Below are positions 1-13,194 of a DNA stretch of 64,000 nucleotides, piece after piece. The number at the start of each line of letters is the position of its first letter. Position 1 is the stretch's first letter. This DNA is from Eledone cirrhosa (taxonomy: Eukaryota). The notes below the pieces were generated by a model that did not search any database, was not told where the DNA came from, and saw nothing but the letters and a program-made list of their open reading frames with translations. The stretch covers positions 278,442,001 through 278,506,000 of the forward strand of contig OZ024740.1 in assembly GCA_964016885.1 (NCBI GenBank). The letters are read 5' to 3'. Position numbers and translations under genes: made by a program.

Positions 1-109
1 GTGAGTAAACTGTTGTCAGTCCGTATTGGTTGTTCAATATATTTACGCAACTGACGTACCACTACAAATATGATGAACATAATGGTAATATAGCTATTCA
101 GCTCTCTCC

Positions 110-181
<72 letters not shown>

Positions 182-3100
182 AACAAAATAGCTGTTAGAA
201 AATTGGAGAGGTTATAGCTGTTCCCATTATATTGTGATGGCTGTTGTGATAGGTAACTGAAGGAAAAAGTGTGCTACCTCCAATGTGGACGGAAAACGTC
301 TGGACATCATCTGGTAGCATTTATACGGATAGACATTCCTGATGAGAACAAAACAGTTAAAAAGTGCCGAAATCAATATGATCTCGAGTTTTATCTTGTG
401 AAGGAAATGTTTCGCAGTGTAAGCTGTATATAACATATATATGCCTGTAGGTGTATGAGGCTGTGTGTGTGTAAGAGAGATAGTGTGTGTGCATGAGAGA
501 GAAAGAGTGTGAGAGCGTCTGCGTTTCTGTGTCTGTGTGTATGTATCTGAGTATGTGCGTGGACATGTGTGTTTGCATGTGCTTGTGTGTGTGCGTGCGT
601 TTGTATGTGTGTTCGTGCGCTTGTGTGTGTGTCTGTGTGTGTTGGTGTGTGTGTGTATGCGTGTTTATCTGTAATGAAATCTCTCTAGCGCTGTGTTTGT
701 ATTTACATTTAATTTCTATTGGTATTGTTATAGCTATCACTTAAATCTAGATTTTCAAATACCCTCTCAAGATTCATGGCAGTTTCATGTCCACAAACTT
801 TCAAAAATTATTATCGATCAAAATAATGTTATCGATCGACAATCTCTCGAAGACAACAATGAAAATTCTTCAAGAATGATCTCCTTTGTTGAATATTGAT
901 TTATTTTGTTTAAAACATATTGATTTATTTTGTTTTTGCTAATGTATTTGTTCTTCAGCTTGACCAATTACTGCACTTTGTGATGAAATAATTCTTAGTT
1001 CTTGTCTACGCTAATTAGCTTTACTCCTATTTTGTTTAAATTGTTTATATATGTATGAATGTGTCTGTTGTGAAACTTGATGAGTTTATTGTTACCGTTA
1101 TTTTGTTGTAATTGCTTAACTCTGAAGCATGTCTTCGGCATTTAAAACTTGGCAGACCCCATCCCTCTCCAGTTCTGAGCACAGCTGATTACTTTCTAAG
1201 ACAGAGAAGGAGACAACTAGAGAGGGAGAGGAAGGTTCGACACTAGTAGATGACTGGCATTTTATTTATTGACCTCAAAATGATGAAAGACAAAGTTGAT
1301 CTCTTGACCTCACAGTGACCTGAGCCGAATACTGCAAACCATTCTTTTCGACGTTCTCGCGAATCTGCCAATACGCTGCCTCGCTCCGAGGCAATTTTAG
1401 CTTTAAAGATTCCAGGTATAATGTCTCTAGAACAAATTTATCCAATGTATTATTTCTTCTATAAAGATAGTAAGACGTGTGATTTGACGAAGGTTTTGAA
1501 GCTTTTCTAACAAGTAGAATGATTACTTAGAGAGACTACCGACCTTAGCTCTAAGTGGCATATATGGTTGTGTATCAGTAAGTATTTGTATGCTGTACAT
1601 ATATATTTGTGAATTAACGATTGTTTGCTCTTGGTGAACCCCATAGTAAGCCTAATCCAGCAAGCATGTGATCAAAGACATTTCATCCATGACTACCATG
1701 TGTTCCTGATATGTTTTAGGACTTCGTTATTCAATGTGTCTTTCCTTCTTAAGACGATGGAAGTAATTTCAGGGAGCTTTGGTTGCTGTTTCAAACAGGT
1801 CAATTAAAAGCTCTCTTTCAACGTATGCAGGTCAAGCAATCATGTAGACGTGCTCACGTTGACTCAAATGATTGCGAATGCTTGAGAATATAGAATTAAT
1901 TTAAAAGATGAGGTTCAATTACTCATGGCGGCCGATGGCAACTTCTTTTTCCATCTTTTAAGTGTCTTCACCCTATTTTATAAGCTATTTTATAACATAT
2001 CTGTGCATGAACACGTCATCCTCTACATTTATTCTATATTCTCAACGCTCATAAGTCCGAAAGATCGGCTATGTATATTGATTGAGAATATATTTGAAAT
2101 TAGGTGTATGCTTGAGTATGTTTTGTTAAATATGAGTATGTGTGTGTGCCTAACTGTTATTCTGATTCCTTACATTTGCACATATCTTTGAGTTGGATGT
2201 TTTTACATGCACGAATTTCTAAAATGCGTTAGTTATAACAGTCCCTACTCTAGCCGTGTTTCACACACAATCGTCCACTAATATCAACTATATAAACCAG
2301 CAGAGGATCTTCTATATGATCAATCAAACTACTACCTTGAAGAATGACAAGGTTACATTCGATAGTGTAATACTAGATATACAAAAAGACGGAACACTCA
2401 TAACTAGTTTGTTCGATCAGGAGTGATGGAGTTTTCAAAAGCTAGTTACACATTTACTAGTTTTAATATTTTCACTTGAAAAGATACAGGATATGACATT
2501 AAACAAGAGTCTATATTAGAAAGAGGAAAAATCAGTTAAACACCAACTCAGTGAACACCAGAGGTTTATGAATGGATAAATCTGTTAGCATTATTAACCA
2601 TTTATTGAAAGCAATGTTCACCCTTTTAAGAATTTGAACTAAGATCAGAAAAATTCCGATATAAAAATCAAAGCTTTAGCCATCGCGCCAACACGGTAAC
2701 CTCTATATTTCGTTCTACCTGCGAGAAATAACAGTCAAATTTTTCTTAAAGCATGCGCCAGCGTCTTAAGAAATGTTGTGATGGCCGTGATTTGACCGTT
2801 TTTTATTATAGTCTTGACTATAATCTTGATCATGCCCTAGCTAAAGCTTAACATCTACAACAACAAACACAATACACAGCATCACCACAAAACCACTTCA
2901 AAGTAAGTTCTCAACCGTCACAGCTAGCTTCACCATTCTACATTTCAAGATGTAAGTAAATAACAATGTTTATAGATATAATAAAGTGTTCACTTATTCA
3001 GATTCACTGTAAGATTGCTAATTATTATAAGCTAATGGCCAAGAGAAATTCATGATCATGACATCACTATTTCCCTCTCTAACAAAATAAAACATCTTTG

Positions 3101-3640
3101 ATTTTGTGCTTACATAAAAACGTTAATTTACGAGGCAATCACAATACCAATCGGGAGAAAAATGCACCAAGATGACAGTTTAAAGTTCATACGTTCGTGC
3201 TCCGTCTTTATCACTACAATACGTTAGGCAGTAGAGCGCCAAACTGGAAATAAATAAATAACTCGATTGATTGATTTTCGCTGTGGTGCAATCGAAATCT
3301 TCTCATGGAAGAAAGAATGAATGATTAATTTATAGCCCTTAAAGTCATTTCAAACTCAATTATTGATCAGCCTTTATTCATTTATTTCATTTGATTTTTG
3401 TATTTTGTTGCTTCCCTTGGCCCATTTGTATTTATTATATTTTTTGTAATTCCTTGTTTTATTATCATCTCTCCCTCTCTCTCCCTCTCTCTTTCTCTCT
3501 CTCTCACTCACTTTATACTTTTATTCATCACGCCTACAGACATTAATGAGGGGCAAATGAGGCGTTAATATTTTAAATAGCTAAATAGAGGGTTGTAATG
3601 TCTATATATATACATCTATATATATACATCTATATATATA

Positions 3641-3824
3641 CATCAGACAAAATATAAGATTTTATATGTGACATACCGCTACGGTTTTGATTATTCTATT
3701 GGCAGTTATTTATTTCACCAAATCTCAACGTTTTTATTCCACAAATAATATGATAAACTTAAAGAAGAAAAGGACGTAGAGCAAGATAGAAATATAGAGG
3801 GGGATGCAAAGAAGAGCAAAGGGC

Positions 3825-3856
<32 letters not shown>

Positions 3857-4985
3857 AATAAATGGATAAATAAATAAATAAATAAATGAATAAATGAATA
3901 AAAGAAGAAGAAAAGATGTAAGAGAAAAGAGGAATAAAAACAAAAGAAAGGGAAGGTGTGGGGAGAATAGAGAGAAAACAACGGGGAATAAAGAAAAGCG
4001 AAGAAAAGGAAGAGGAAAGTATGAAATAAAGGGGAGAATAAAAAACCGTTGTATTCAACGGCTAGATAAAATAAGAAATCAAAAATCTATTCACATATAT
4101 CAATGAATATTGCTTGTATTGGATTACGCTTTAGCTAATTATACTTTTATATTATATCCAGATTATTAGGTATAGATTACTTTCCATAGCAATCAAATAT
4201 TTAAGTTAATTACAAATTTATATAATTCAATTTAGCTCATTCTAGATTATTATAATTTTTAATTTTAAGGTAAGATATTTCTATTAATATTTTACTACAA
4301 CTTTAAAAGATTTAATCTTTACAGCCTAATTAAATAATTATTAAATATGTATTAAAATATAATACCATGCATATATCCCCATCAATACATATAATATATT
4401 TTGTTCATTTATTATCCAAATTAATTTAGAAATTCGCTTTATGAAAACTTTGTTATTATTTAATTTTCATTTATTTCTTAGAAACCAACTGTAGATGAGG
4501 TGGCAGCTGTGTAGTTAAATATATTATTATTTGCCTTAATTGTACACTTATATACTAGATTTATTTATTTATTTATTTATTTGTTTATTTCTTGCCTTTT
4601 CCTCTTCTTTGCAACCCCATTTATATTTCTACCTTGCTCTACGTCCTTTTCTTCTTTAAGTTTATCATAGTTCAGATTTGGTGAAATAAATCACTGCCAA
4701 AACAGGAATTAAATAATCAAAACCGTAGCGGTATGTCACATATCAAATCTTATATTTTGTCTGATGAAAACGTACTTAAACACCATTGTACCTTTGAAAT
4801 ATGTATAATAAAATATATATTTTGATTATGAGAATATTTTTCATTTATTAACATTTTGAATAATATTTAATACCCCAGGAAAATCTGCTGTCGAGTGCCT
4901 CTAATCTATTGTAAAATTGTATTTGTTGATTAATCAACGAAGTATATTAATATTTGGGTGGCCGTGTGGGTAATAATGGTATATA
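3641..4985. mobile_element. PLE-type non-coding 3' region with inverted duplication (arms ~3641-3890 and ~4555-4766), ending at (TA)n
   Basis: 3641 catcagacaaaatataagat...gacataccgctacgg is the reverse complement of 4722-4766. The + arm continues into a hammerhead motif and is flanked by TA repeats. Confidence 0.6.
4751..4817 (+). ncRNA. Type I minimal hammerhead ribozyme
   Basis: tatattttgt CTGATGA aaacgtac..gtaccttt GAAA tatgta TA ataaaatata: 10-bp stem I, intact core, AUA cleavage triplet. Confidence 0.8.
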
Positions 4986-5059
4986 TATGCATGCTTTATG
5001 TATGTATAGATTGGAGGTAGGGTTTCAATCTTCTTTATCTAAAATTTAACGTATATTTA

Positions 5060-5090
<31 letters not shown>

Positions 5091-5120
5091 GTGTGTGTGT
5101 GTCTGTGTGTGTGTGTGTGT

Positions 5121-5198
<78 letters not shown>

Positions 5199-5199
5199 G

Positions 5200-5409
5200 T
5201 CGGGTCCTGACTCTTTTCCTATATATATTATATATATATATATCTTTATATATATATATAGGAAAATAGTCAGGACCCCGACGGCTGAGCTCCGGCCGTT
5301 TCTGCAGCTAGTAGTATTCTTCACGAGGTAACGAGTTCATCCTTTTTGTTTAAGAGTTGGTCCTTTGTAAACACCATCTGGATCGTTTCCTCAGAGCATA
5401 AATTGCACA

Positions 5410-5415
<6 letters not shown>
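5200..5415 (-). mobile_element. PLE fragment: GIY-YIG C-terminus fused to the 3' half of a hammerhead
   Basis: The minus strand translates RLCNLCSEETIQMVFTKDQLLNKKDELVTS*R (CxLC..E...LLNK..EL..SC motif), followed by GAAAcggc..gccgTCggggt. Flanked by (TA)n. Confidence 0.65.
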
Positions 5416-5473
<58 letters not shown>

Positions 5474-5475
<2 letters not shown>

Positions 5476-7659
5476 AATAAAAACAATGAAATAAAAACAA
5501 AGAACAGGTTTCTTATATTGAAAAATTCATCATTTTGCGATCGTTTCTGGGATATATATGAGTGTTGGTATGTATATCGTGTTAAGGATCTATGTAAACA
5601 ATATTACAAATTATCAGGAGATATACATACCTACACATATACATGCCATCTTTAGAAATGATGAAGTATGTTTATTGAAAGTATTAATATAAAAAGTCTG
5701 TTTGGGAACAGGTTTTGAATTGACCAATAGAAAAGAGTTAGAGGTCAAGTAGAAGGAATGACAGTAGTAGAATTTAATGCTAGGAGAGGAGGAATGTAAA
5801 TTTAAGCTTTGAATGAGAAGAATACAATAAGGATAGGGGTTAAAATGAGGTCAAATCAAGAAGGTAGTGAAGGATTCACAAAAAATTGATGTTATTAAAG
5901 AATGCTGTTAAAATCGAAGGGAAAAAAATTTGGGGGGAGGGTGAAAACATTTTTTGGTTAATGAGATATACTAATCCTATTTAAAGTTCAATGAATCTAG
6001 ATACATGAAAGGAAATTAAATTAATTGATAGGTATACTTACAGAGTTAAAATTATATTAATTCTTATGAATCTGATAAATAAAAAAGTAAAAGGTTGATT
6101 GTATTATCTATAGTGGTATTACATTAATGTAAATAGTAACACTAATACCACTATAGATAATACAATCAACTCTCCTGATACAATATTTACGAATGGTTGT
6201 AACTGTAGAACCAAAAGAATTGCCCATTAAAGGGAAATTATCTTATAAATAACATAGTCTACAAATGTGTAATTAGTACTAAGGACTCCACTCAATCCTA
6301 TATAGGAGCTACATCTAACCAATTTAAAGTAAGATTTAATACCCACAAACATAGTTTTTAAAATGCCGCATTAGCTAATACAACCTCCTTGGCTGAAGCA
6401 ATTAATAATTATAAAAAGAAGGACATTGATAACAACCTGGCCTGGAGCGTACTCAAACGGGCTACCCCTTACCAAAATAGCAGATATGAGTGTAGGTTAT
6501 GCTCCCAAGAACTATTTGAAGTCATGAAATCTAATGATATCCTATTAAATAAGCGACAGGAATTAATTATATCATGCAATCATAGAATTAGAAAAACCTT
6601 CAAATATTATAAACTTAATTAATATATACCTAACTCTTCTTAATTTTTTTAAAATATTTTTTAACTTGGTTAACTTATAATTAGAATTTTACTACAGAGA
6701 ATTTCATAATTTTATTTCCCTCTTACAGCTCTATTTACCTAATGTTATATTTAAACTTACTACTTCTTTTAACCGCATCCCCTATTCATCACATTTAATA
6801 CCTATGATTATTAAATATAATTATTATCTTTAATATTTGTATATTTAGATGGATACACTACTCTTTATAAAATTTTGTCTATTTCAGTTTTTCTATATAT
6901 ATTTTTTATTTTAAAATCTTTTTACTTCTTTATTTATCACATTCATAAGAATTAATATAATTTTAATTCTGTAAGTATACCTATCAATTAATTTAATTTC
7001 CTTTTATGTATCTAGATTCATTGAACTTTAAATAGGATTAGTATATTAACACTCTCAACGCAAAATTAAAAGTTTCCCTTCGATTTTAACAGCATTCTTT
7101 AATAACATCAATTTTTTGTGAATCCTTCTTCTTGATTTGACCTCATTTTAACCCCTATCCTTATTGTATTCTTCTCATTCAAAGCTTAAATTTACATTCC
7201 TCCACTCCTAGCATTAACTTCTACTAGTGCCATTCTTTCTACTTGACCTCTAACTCTTTTCTATTGGTCAATTCAAAACCTGTTCCCAAACAGACTTTTT
7301 ATATTAATACTTTCAATAAACATACTTCATCATTTCTGAAGATGGCATGTATATGTGTAGGTATGTATATTTCCTCTGATAATTTGTAATTCTTTTACAT
7401 AGATCTTTAACATGATATACATACCAACACACATATATATCCCCAAAACGATCGTAAAATGATGAATTTTTCAATATAAGAAACCTGTTCTTTGTTTTTA
7501 TTTCATTGTTTTTATTAATTTATCTTGACTCTGTTTTCCTATGATTTTTAACGTTGATTTTTGAATGCATTTTCTCTCTTCATGATATCTTCTATATTTG
7601 GATTACATTGAGTTCTTCATACGGATTGGACACTACCGTTTTATTTTGGTAGATTTATC

Positions 7660-7662
<3 letters not shown>
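5474..7662. mobile_element. Naiad-like PLE 3' portion with 5' inversion (minus arm 5474-6120, plus arm 6145-7662); decayed GIY-YIG at ~6190-6622
   Basis: GCNCR..CPL, YIGATSNQFKVRFNTHKHSF and ECRLCSQEL..LLNKRQELIISCNH, with a frameshift and a stop. Long inverted repeat, hairpin junction at 6094-6170, TA flanks. Same family as 59150-61392. Confidence 0.85.
7326..7466 (+). ncRNA. Decayed long-stem-II hammerhead (inverted sister copy at 5526-5665, minus strand)
   Basis: ttcatcattt CTGAAGA ~100-nt stem II aAAA cgatcg TA aaatgatgaa. GAAA is mutated here; the sister copy has core CTAAAGA and triplet GCA. An intact copy lies at 59205-59340. Confidence 0.7.
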
Positions 7663-7706
<44 letters not shown>

Positions 7707-8561
7707 CAAATGTTCTCCCTGCACATCTACAGTTTATAGTATAAGTAGACGGTCACAATGTTTCTAGTCTCCGATGGCAAATCACCTCTCATACTTGTTG
7801 AAATTATTTAAAATATTAGTTATTGAGCTACTTCTGTCTTTTTCTCACCGCATAACATTTTTTTTCAATTTATGTGTGTTGATGCTTACAAGAAGTTGTA
7901 CTAGAATACTACGATAACTAACATAACTATTATTTTTATGATGATGGCGTCAGTGATCTGTTTATTTTAAATATGCTACATTTTTACGCTCAATCGTATA
8001 TAGTATTGTATATCTACTTATTGATTCTCTCAACAATACTTTAATAAATGCATTAAATTCTAGGGGTTAATTAAGGAGGTTTAATAAAACCGAAATATGT
8101 CCGGAGTATTCTCCCATGCTCGCCGAAAGGAATATGAACCAATGTTGTTGTTGTTATTGTCGTTTTCACCACTTAATTATTTCTAGTTATCCTTTCTATG
8201 GTCCATATATTAAATATATGGTCATGATGTTAATTATGCCAGCAATGTATAGAGTAAAGGCTTTACTATCGCTAGAGTCACTTTTCTGTAAAATATAGTG
8301 TTCGTGTTCATTCAACATAGTCTATCCGCTAACAGTGTCTAAAATATTATTTGCACAGTGGAGCCTACGCAAAAACTTACAACAATCTTTTCTAACTTCT
8401 TTTGAAATCCTCACATATCGCAATATCCCATTTACTTTACTCTAATAATGTTTAACTTCTTGATTGCTACATTCTAGGAAAGTATGATTCATGCGTACTT
8501 TTTTAAAAAACAATTATACATATTTGCTTAACAAAAACACTGATTTTTGTATACCATGTTT

Positions 8562-8678
<117 letters not shown>

Positions 8679-9727
8679 TATACCAACCAAACTCTATCTG
8701 AATTCAAGAAAAAAGAAACATATTGCTACAGTATTTAATAATTCTAGAATTCATCCTCAACTTTTGACAAGACATTATCAGGAGGAATTCACTTTATACA
8801 CTTAACATTGATATAAGATAAATACATTATCTATCTTTGGGGTAGCAGTATAATTTCGCTCTACGGCTTTTAAACATTTCAATCATAACTCCTAATAGAA
8901 AGCTTTACTTTAATGATTAAACCAATAATCTTCTTAAATAGTTCCAGTGCCAATTTCACTCCACACAATGGAATCCTATACCTCCACCAATGGATGTATT
9001 TGACAAATATTGTTTAAATTGTAGGGGGCTATTCAATTCAAGACATTTTAAAATCGATTCCCAAACTAGGCGATGCGTAATGTCCTTGAGCAAGGCACTT
9101 TATTTCACGTTGCTGCTTCTGCCTGAAGTTGCGACCGACAGATAATATTAGCAATTGGAAAGACCAATGGAAACAATGTTTCCTCGGTCTGATTTGATGA
9201 CCTCCACCCCACTCGTTAAGCGATACATTTCAATATATATCAAATGGAATCAACTTGCATTTGTGGAAATATCATTGAAGTTACTAATACTCTCACGTCA
9301 CAGAAGACTTTGTAATTAGATTTCGGCTAGTAACGTTCTTAGCGATAAAGGTTAAATACTTTCGAGCTTCCCATTAACATCTGTTGTTTCCTAATTTAGA
9401 GACAAATTATTTTATTTTCAGTCAGAATATAAAGATGACATTACGCATGATAGATGTCAATTGCTTTAAGCAATTGTGTTTATGAAAGGATACACGTACA
9501 AATAAGCAACGGTACGAATAATACTCTTCATTAGTTCATTATGACATGTAATAAAAGGTCAGAAATGATACGATTCTCAAAATACAAAAGAGCATAAAAG
9601 CTTAAGTAATACTCTGGTTTGATATGTAAAACATTTCAAAGATTTTGCTTTTGATTTTATTTCATTTTGTCCTATATACACTCATGCCTGTATATATACG
9701 ACCGTACATGATTGAAATATGGAGTTT

Positions 9728-10329
9728 ACACTTTATCCAGCAACAACACAGGCCCTGTTCATTCACAAATTTTTATTAAGTTTTCGCTGTGACCTATTCT
9801 CTCTTTCTCTCTACTTGTCGCTATCAACTCTTCTCCTATCTTTCTTTCGCGCCCTTTCTCCCTCACACTTTTACTCTCCCTCTCTCTACTAGCTACCCCA
9901 CTACTTCCGCTGTTTTTCTCGACTGCCTCTCTTTTCTCTACTCTCGCGTAGGTCAGACCTGTTTTTTTTCGCTATCTGTTTCACCGTTCTTAAGTCCAGT
10001 AGCTGTTGTTGACAGCCTTTCTTTATCTTCCGTTGCTACTACACGTGCTTCTCGGTATGTTTTTTTCTGATTTTTTTCCGTTTTTCTTTCTTTTTTCCCT
10101 TCTGTTATATTTTTTTTTCTCTCTCTCCTTTTTTCCCCCAATAACTTCCTTTAGTCATTGACACACTGGAGCTAGACATCTTGTCTTTAATGCGTAGAAA
10201 TCTCCATGACCTCCAGAAGACAACTGATGAAGGGAAATCCCCCCCCCCCCACCGTTTATGCTTTCCTCTTATTTACAAGTACACTTTATCCAGCAACAAC
10301 GCAGCCCTGTTCCTTCACAAATTTTTATT
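9728..10329 (+). mobile_element. Non-coding element bounded by ~50-bp direct repeats (pLTR-like), carrying the permuted hammerhead-like motif
   Basis: tacactttatccagcaacaacNcag(g)ccctgttcNttcacaaatttttatta at 9728-9778 and 10280-10329. CT-rich interior; ends at a (CA)n(TA)n tract. Confidence 0.6.
10131..10240 (+). ncRNA. Permuted, pseudoknotted hammerhead-like RNA motif (family 1)
   Basis: ttttccc..caataact/agtcattg hairpin, acaca, ctggag cta gaca TC ttgtctt taatgcgta GAAA tctc catgac ctccag aagacaa CTGATGA agggaaa. Confidence 0.65.
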
Positions 10330-10343
10330 ACACACACACACAA

Positions 10344-10389
<46 letters not shown>

Positions 10390-10391
<2 letters not shown>

Positions 10392-11410
10392 TTATGTAAC
10401 GACACTCGCAGACAAGGCTTGGCAGCTGCGCGAAAATAACCAACAATTTAACCTAAAATGGGATATAATAGTGTCTGCCCCTCCATTATCCCACGGACAG
10501 GAATTTTGTAAATTGTGTAATATGGAATTATTTTGTATTATGAAATCCAAAAATATTTTATTAAATAACAGAATAGAGCGATCGTTATACTGTAACCATC
10601 GCTTGAAATCTACATTTTCATATTACAAACACTACCAGGATTGAACGCCTGTCTCCATCTCCGTTTGATTGTCAAAATACATATTAACATTCTCTATTAG
10701 TCTTAATTCTATCAACTCTTCTATTCTTTACCATTTAATATAAACTGCTATAGATAAAATGAGATTTCTTAATTCAATTCCCTAATGCATATACCAGCAG
10801 GCTACCAGCATTGTTGTTATTCAATAGCAGTGAAAATCTCCCTCTTCCTTAATTGACACTTTATAATTAATACTACTACACCAAACGACCAGCCCTGTCC
10901 ATTGTTCAATTGGTCATGTATAGCTTAAAATAGGCACTCCCAAAAATTATTATTTAGATAAAATAAACCATATACTCATTGTATTCTCATTAGAAACCCT
11001 TTATATACTTGTTTACCAGTAAATAGAATTGCCATCTGTCATATACTATCCCTTCTCTTCTTCCTTTCTTACAACTAATATAAATACTTCAATTTTTCTG
11101 ATTTTTTCCAATTTATCCAATATCTCTGAAGAAGTGACAACTGATTATACATTTGCTATCGAATACTTGCTAACATTATATGATTACGCAAGCAGCGATA
11201 CATAGGTATTCCGTCTGTTACAGAAACATATGTCAATACCTAATAAATTCCTTTTTTAAAAAAAAAAAAAGCACTTTCATTTTATATTCATCTTTTCTAC
11301 ATTTTCTCCGGAATATAATTTATACTCGTTGAGCAAACCTACACGTACGCTGTTCATCTCTAACGTGACGATATATTATCACTACATTATTGATAACCTG
11401 AAATTGTGTA
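10390..11410 (+). mobile_element. Naiad-like PLE 3' fragment (GIY-YIG C-terminus 10390-10644 plus 3' UTR)
   Basis: TTLADKAWQL...LKWDII...FCKLCNMELF...LLNNRIE...CNH. Starts and ends in (TA)n. Confidence 0.8.
11113..11246 (+). ncRNA. Hammerhead ribozyme with long stem II and weak stem I
   Basis: CTGAAGA (11126-11132), gtgaca..tgttac, GAAA CATATG TC: palindromic stem III, GUC triplet. Confidence 0.6.
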
Positions 11411-11890
11411 TATATATATATATATATATAGTAATGTCTAAACACTAGCACCTACTTTATTATATTTCTGTTACTGCTTTCTGAAACAATTCCTAGACGA
11501 TCCTGTGGTAGGAGAAGAGCAGAAGACCTCGTCATCGTGTAATACATATTTAAGACAAAATATCTAGTAAAAGTTAATCTATCTCCAGTAGAGCGGTTGA
11601 ACCTAACATTGCAAGCTACGTGAACCATTTTGAACTTTACAGTGCTGTCGCATCTTAGAGTGGTGTGTTGTCCCTACAACTAAATTAACAATTGTATAGC
11701 TATATACAAGGATCATAAAAGAAGCTAACATTATACCAACCACCGATAATTAGGGTCCAACCAGGTGCGAAAATCGACTAAAGGTGTTTATCATTTTATC
11801 AATTTTTCAACAACTAGTTCCATATTCCAGAATCTGGAACTAGCTGTTGAAAAGACAAGATCTCAGCCGTCTGGTTCCGACTCTTTATAG

Positions 11891-11942
<52 letters not shown>

Positions 11943-12103
11943 AGCTTATATATATATATATATATATATATAAATATAGTAATAATAATAAATGTCAAGA
12001 CTAAAATCCGAAGAGGGCTCGATAAGAATCGCTGCTTTCACCCTTTCAGAAGATCCCGTTCAGGGCGAAAGCAGCGATTCTTTGCTTAAACTTTAATCTG
12101 TTA

Positions 12104-12239
<136 letters not shown>

Positions 12240-12308
12240 ACTGTTTTTGATCAAGCGTAGCAGCCATTCTTTCTTTTATAAACCTAGTGAATCTAGACTA
12301 CATTTGTG

Positions 12309-12615
12309 TCATTTTAAGATTTGCCTACCGATTCTATTAAGTTGATCGAACACGCTGATGCACTTCCGTTTGGTTGTGCACATCTAGTGTATTCTACGAG
12401 TATGTGCACGCTACTGGAGTTTGTGGGGGGGGTCTGTCTGTCTATGTTGTAACACTGTTACAACATAGACAGACAGACAGACACACGCACACACACACCC
12501 CAAACTCCAGTAGCGTGGACATACTCGTAGAATACACTAGATGTGCACGACCAAACGGAAGTGCATCAGCGTGTTCGATCAACTTAATAGAATCGGTAGG
12601 CAAATCTTAAAATGA
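12309..12615. mobile_element. MITE-like foldback element with ~120-bp inverted arms
   Basis: tcattttaagatttgcctaccgattctattaag...ggagtttg is mirrored by caaactcc...cttaatagaatcggtaggcaaatcttaaaatga. No clear TSD. Confidence 0.75.
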
Positions 12616-13194
12616 GTCGTTCATTTTATCTTAACTTTGAAACCTAAGAATTTCCGACACGATATTGTTTTTTCATTATATACTCTTTTACTCTTTTACC
12701 TGTTTCAGCCATCCGGCTGAGGCCATGCTGGGGCACCGCACATTCTTAATTTCAATTATATGGTAGCTACTACTATTAAAATACCTGCCGGTTTTCTTCT
12801 CCTGTCATTAAATCTTAAATTCGTGAGTATTGTTATATAATGCTACGCAGTGACATTAATAAAGTTTATAAGGCATATTAATAACAGCGACATTTCAACG
12901 TTCCTAAGCCAATCTCATTTTGAAATTATAATGTAACTTCATTCAAATTAATTTCTACAATGTTGAAATATATTTCTCTGTATCTTATGTTTCCTGAACG
13001 TAAAGCACGCTGCCGTATTTATAATTAATTATGTTACGTAATTAATACCCTTACGTAATTAATACCCTTCAGGAAAGAGGACCAGAAAGTATGTCTGGTG
13101 TTTACTAAAGAAATCGTTATTACAAATATATTTATATCCTGAAGTACGAGCTGAAAAGTTTATAGGCTGACTGTAAAGGAGTGATGCTAGAGCT

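Noticed and set aside
1-423. GTGAGT at position 1 and a ~54-codon open frame (257-418) ending at GTAAG as a possible host exon
   Set aside because: No good acceptor site, no recognisable protein motif, and the length is expected by chance.
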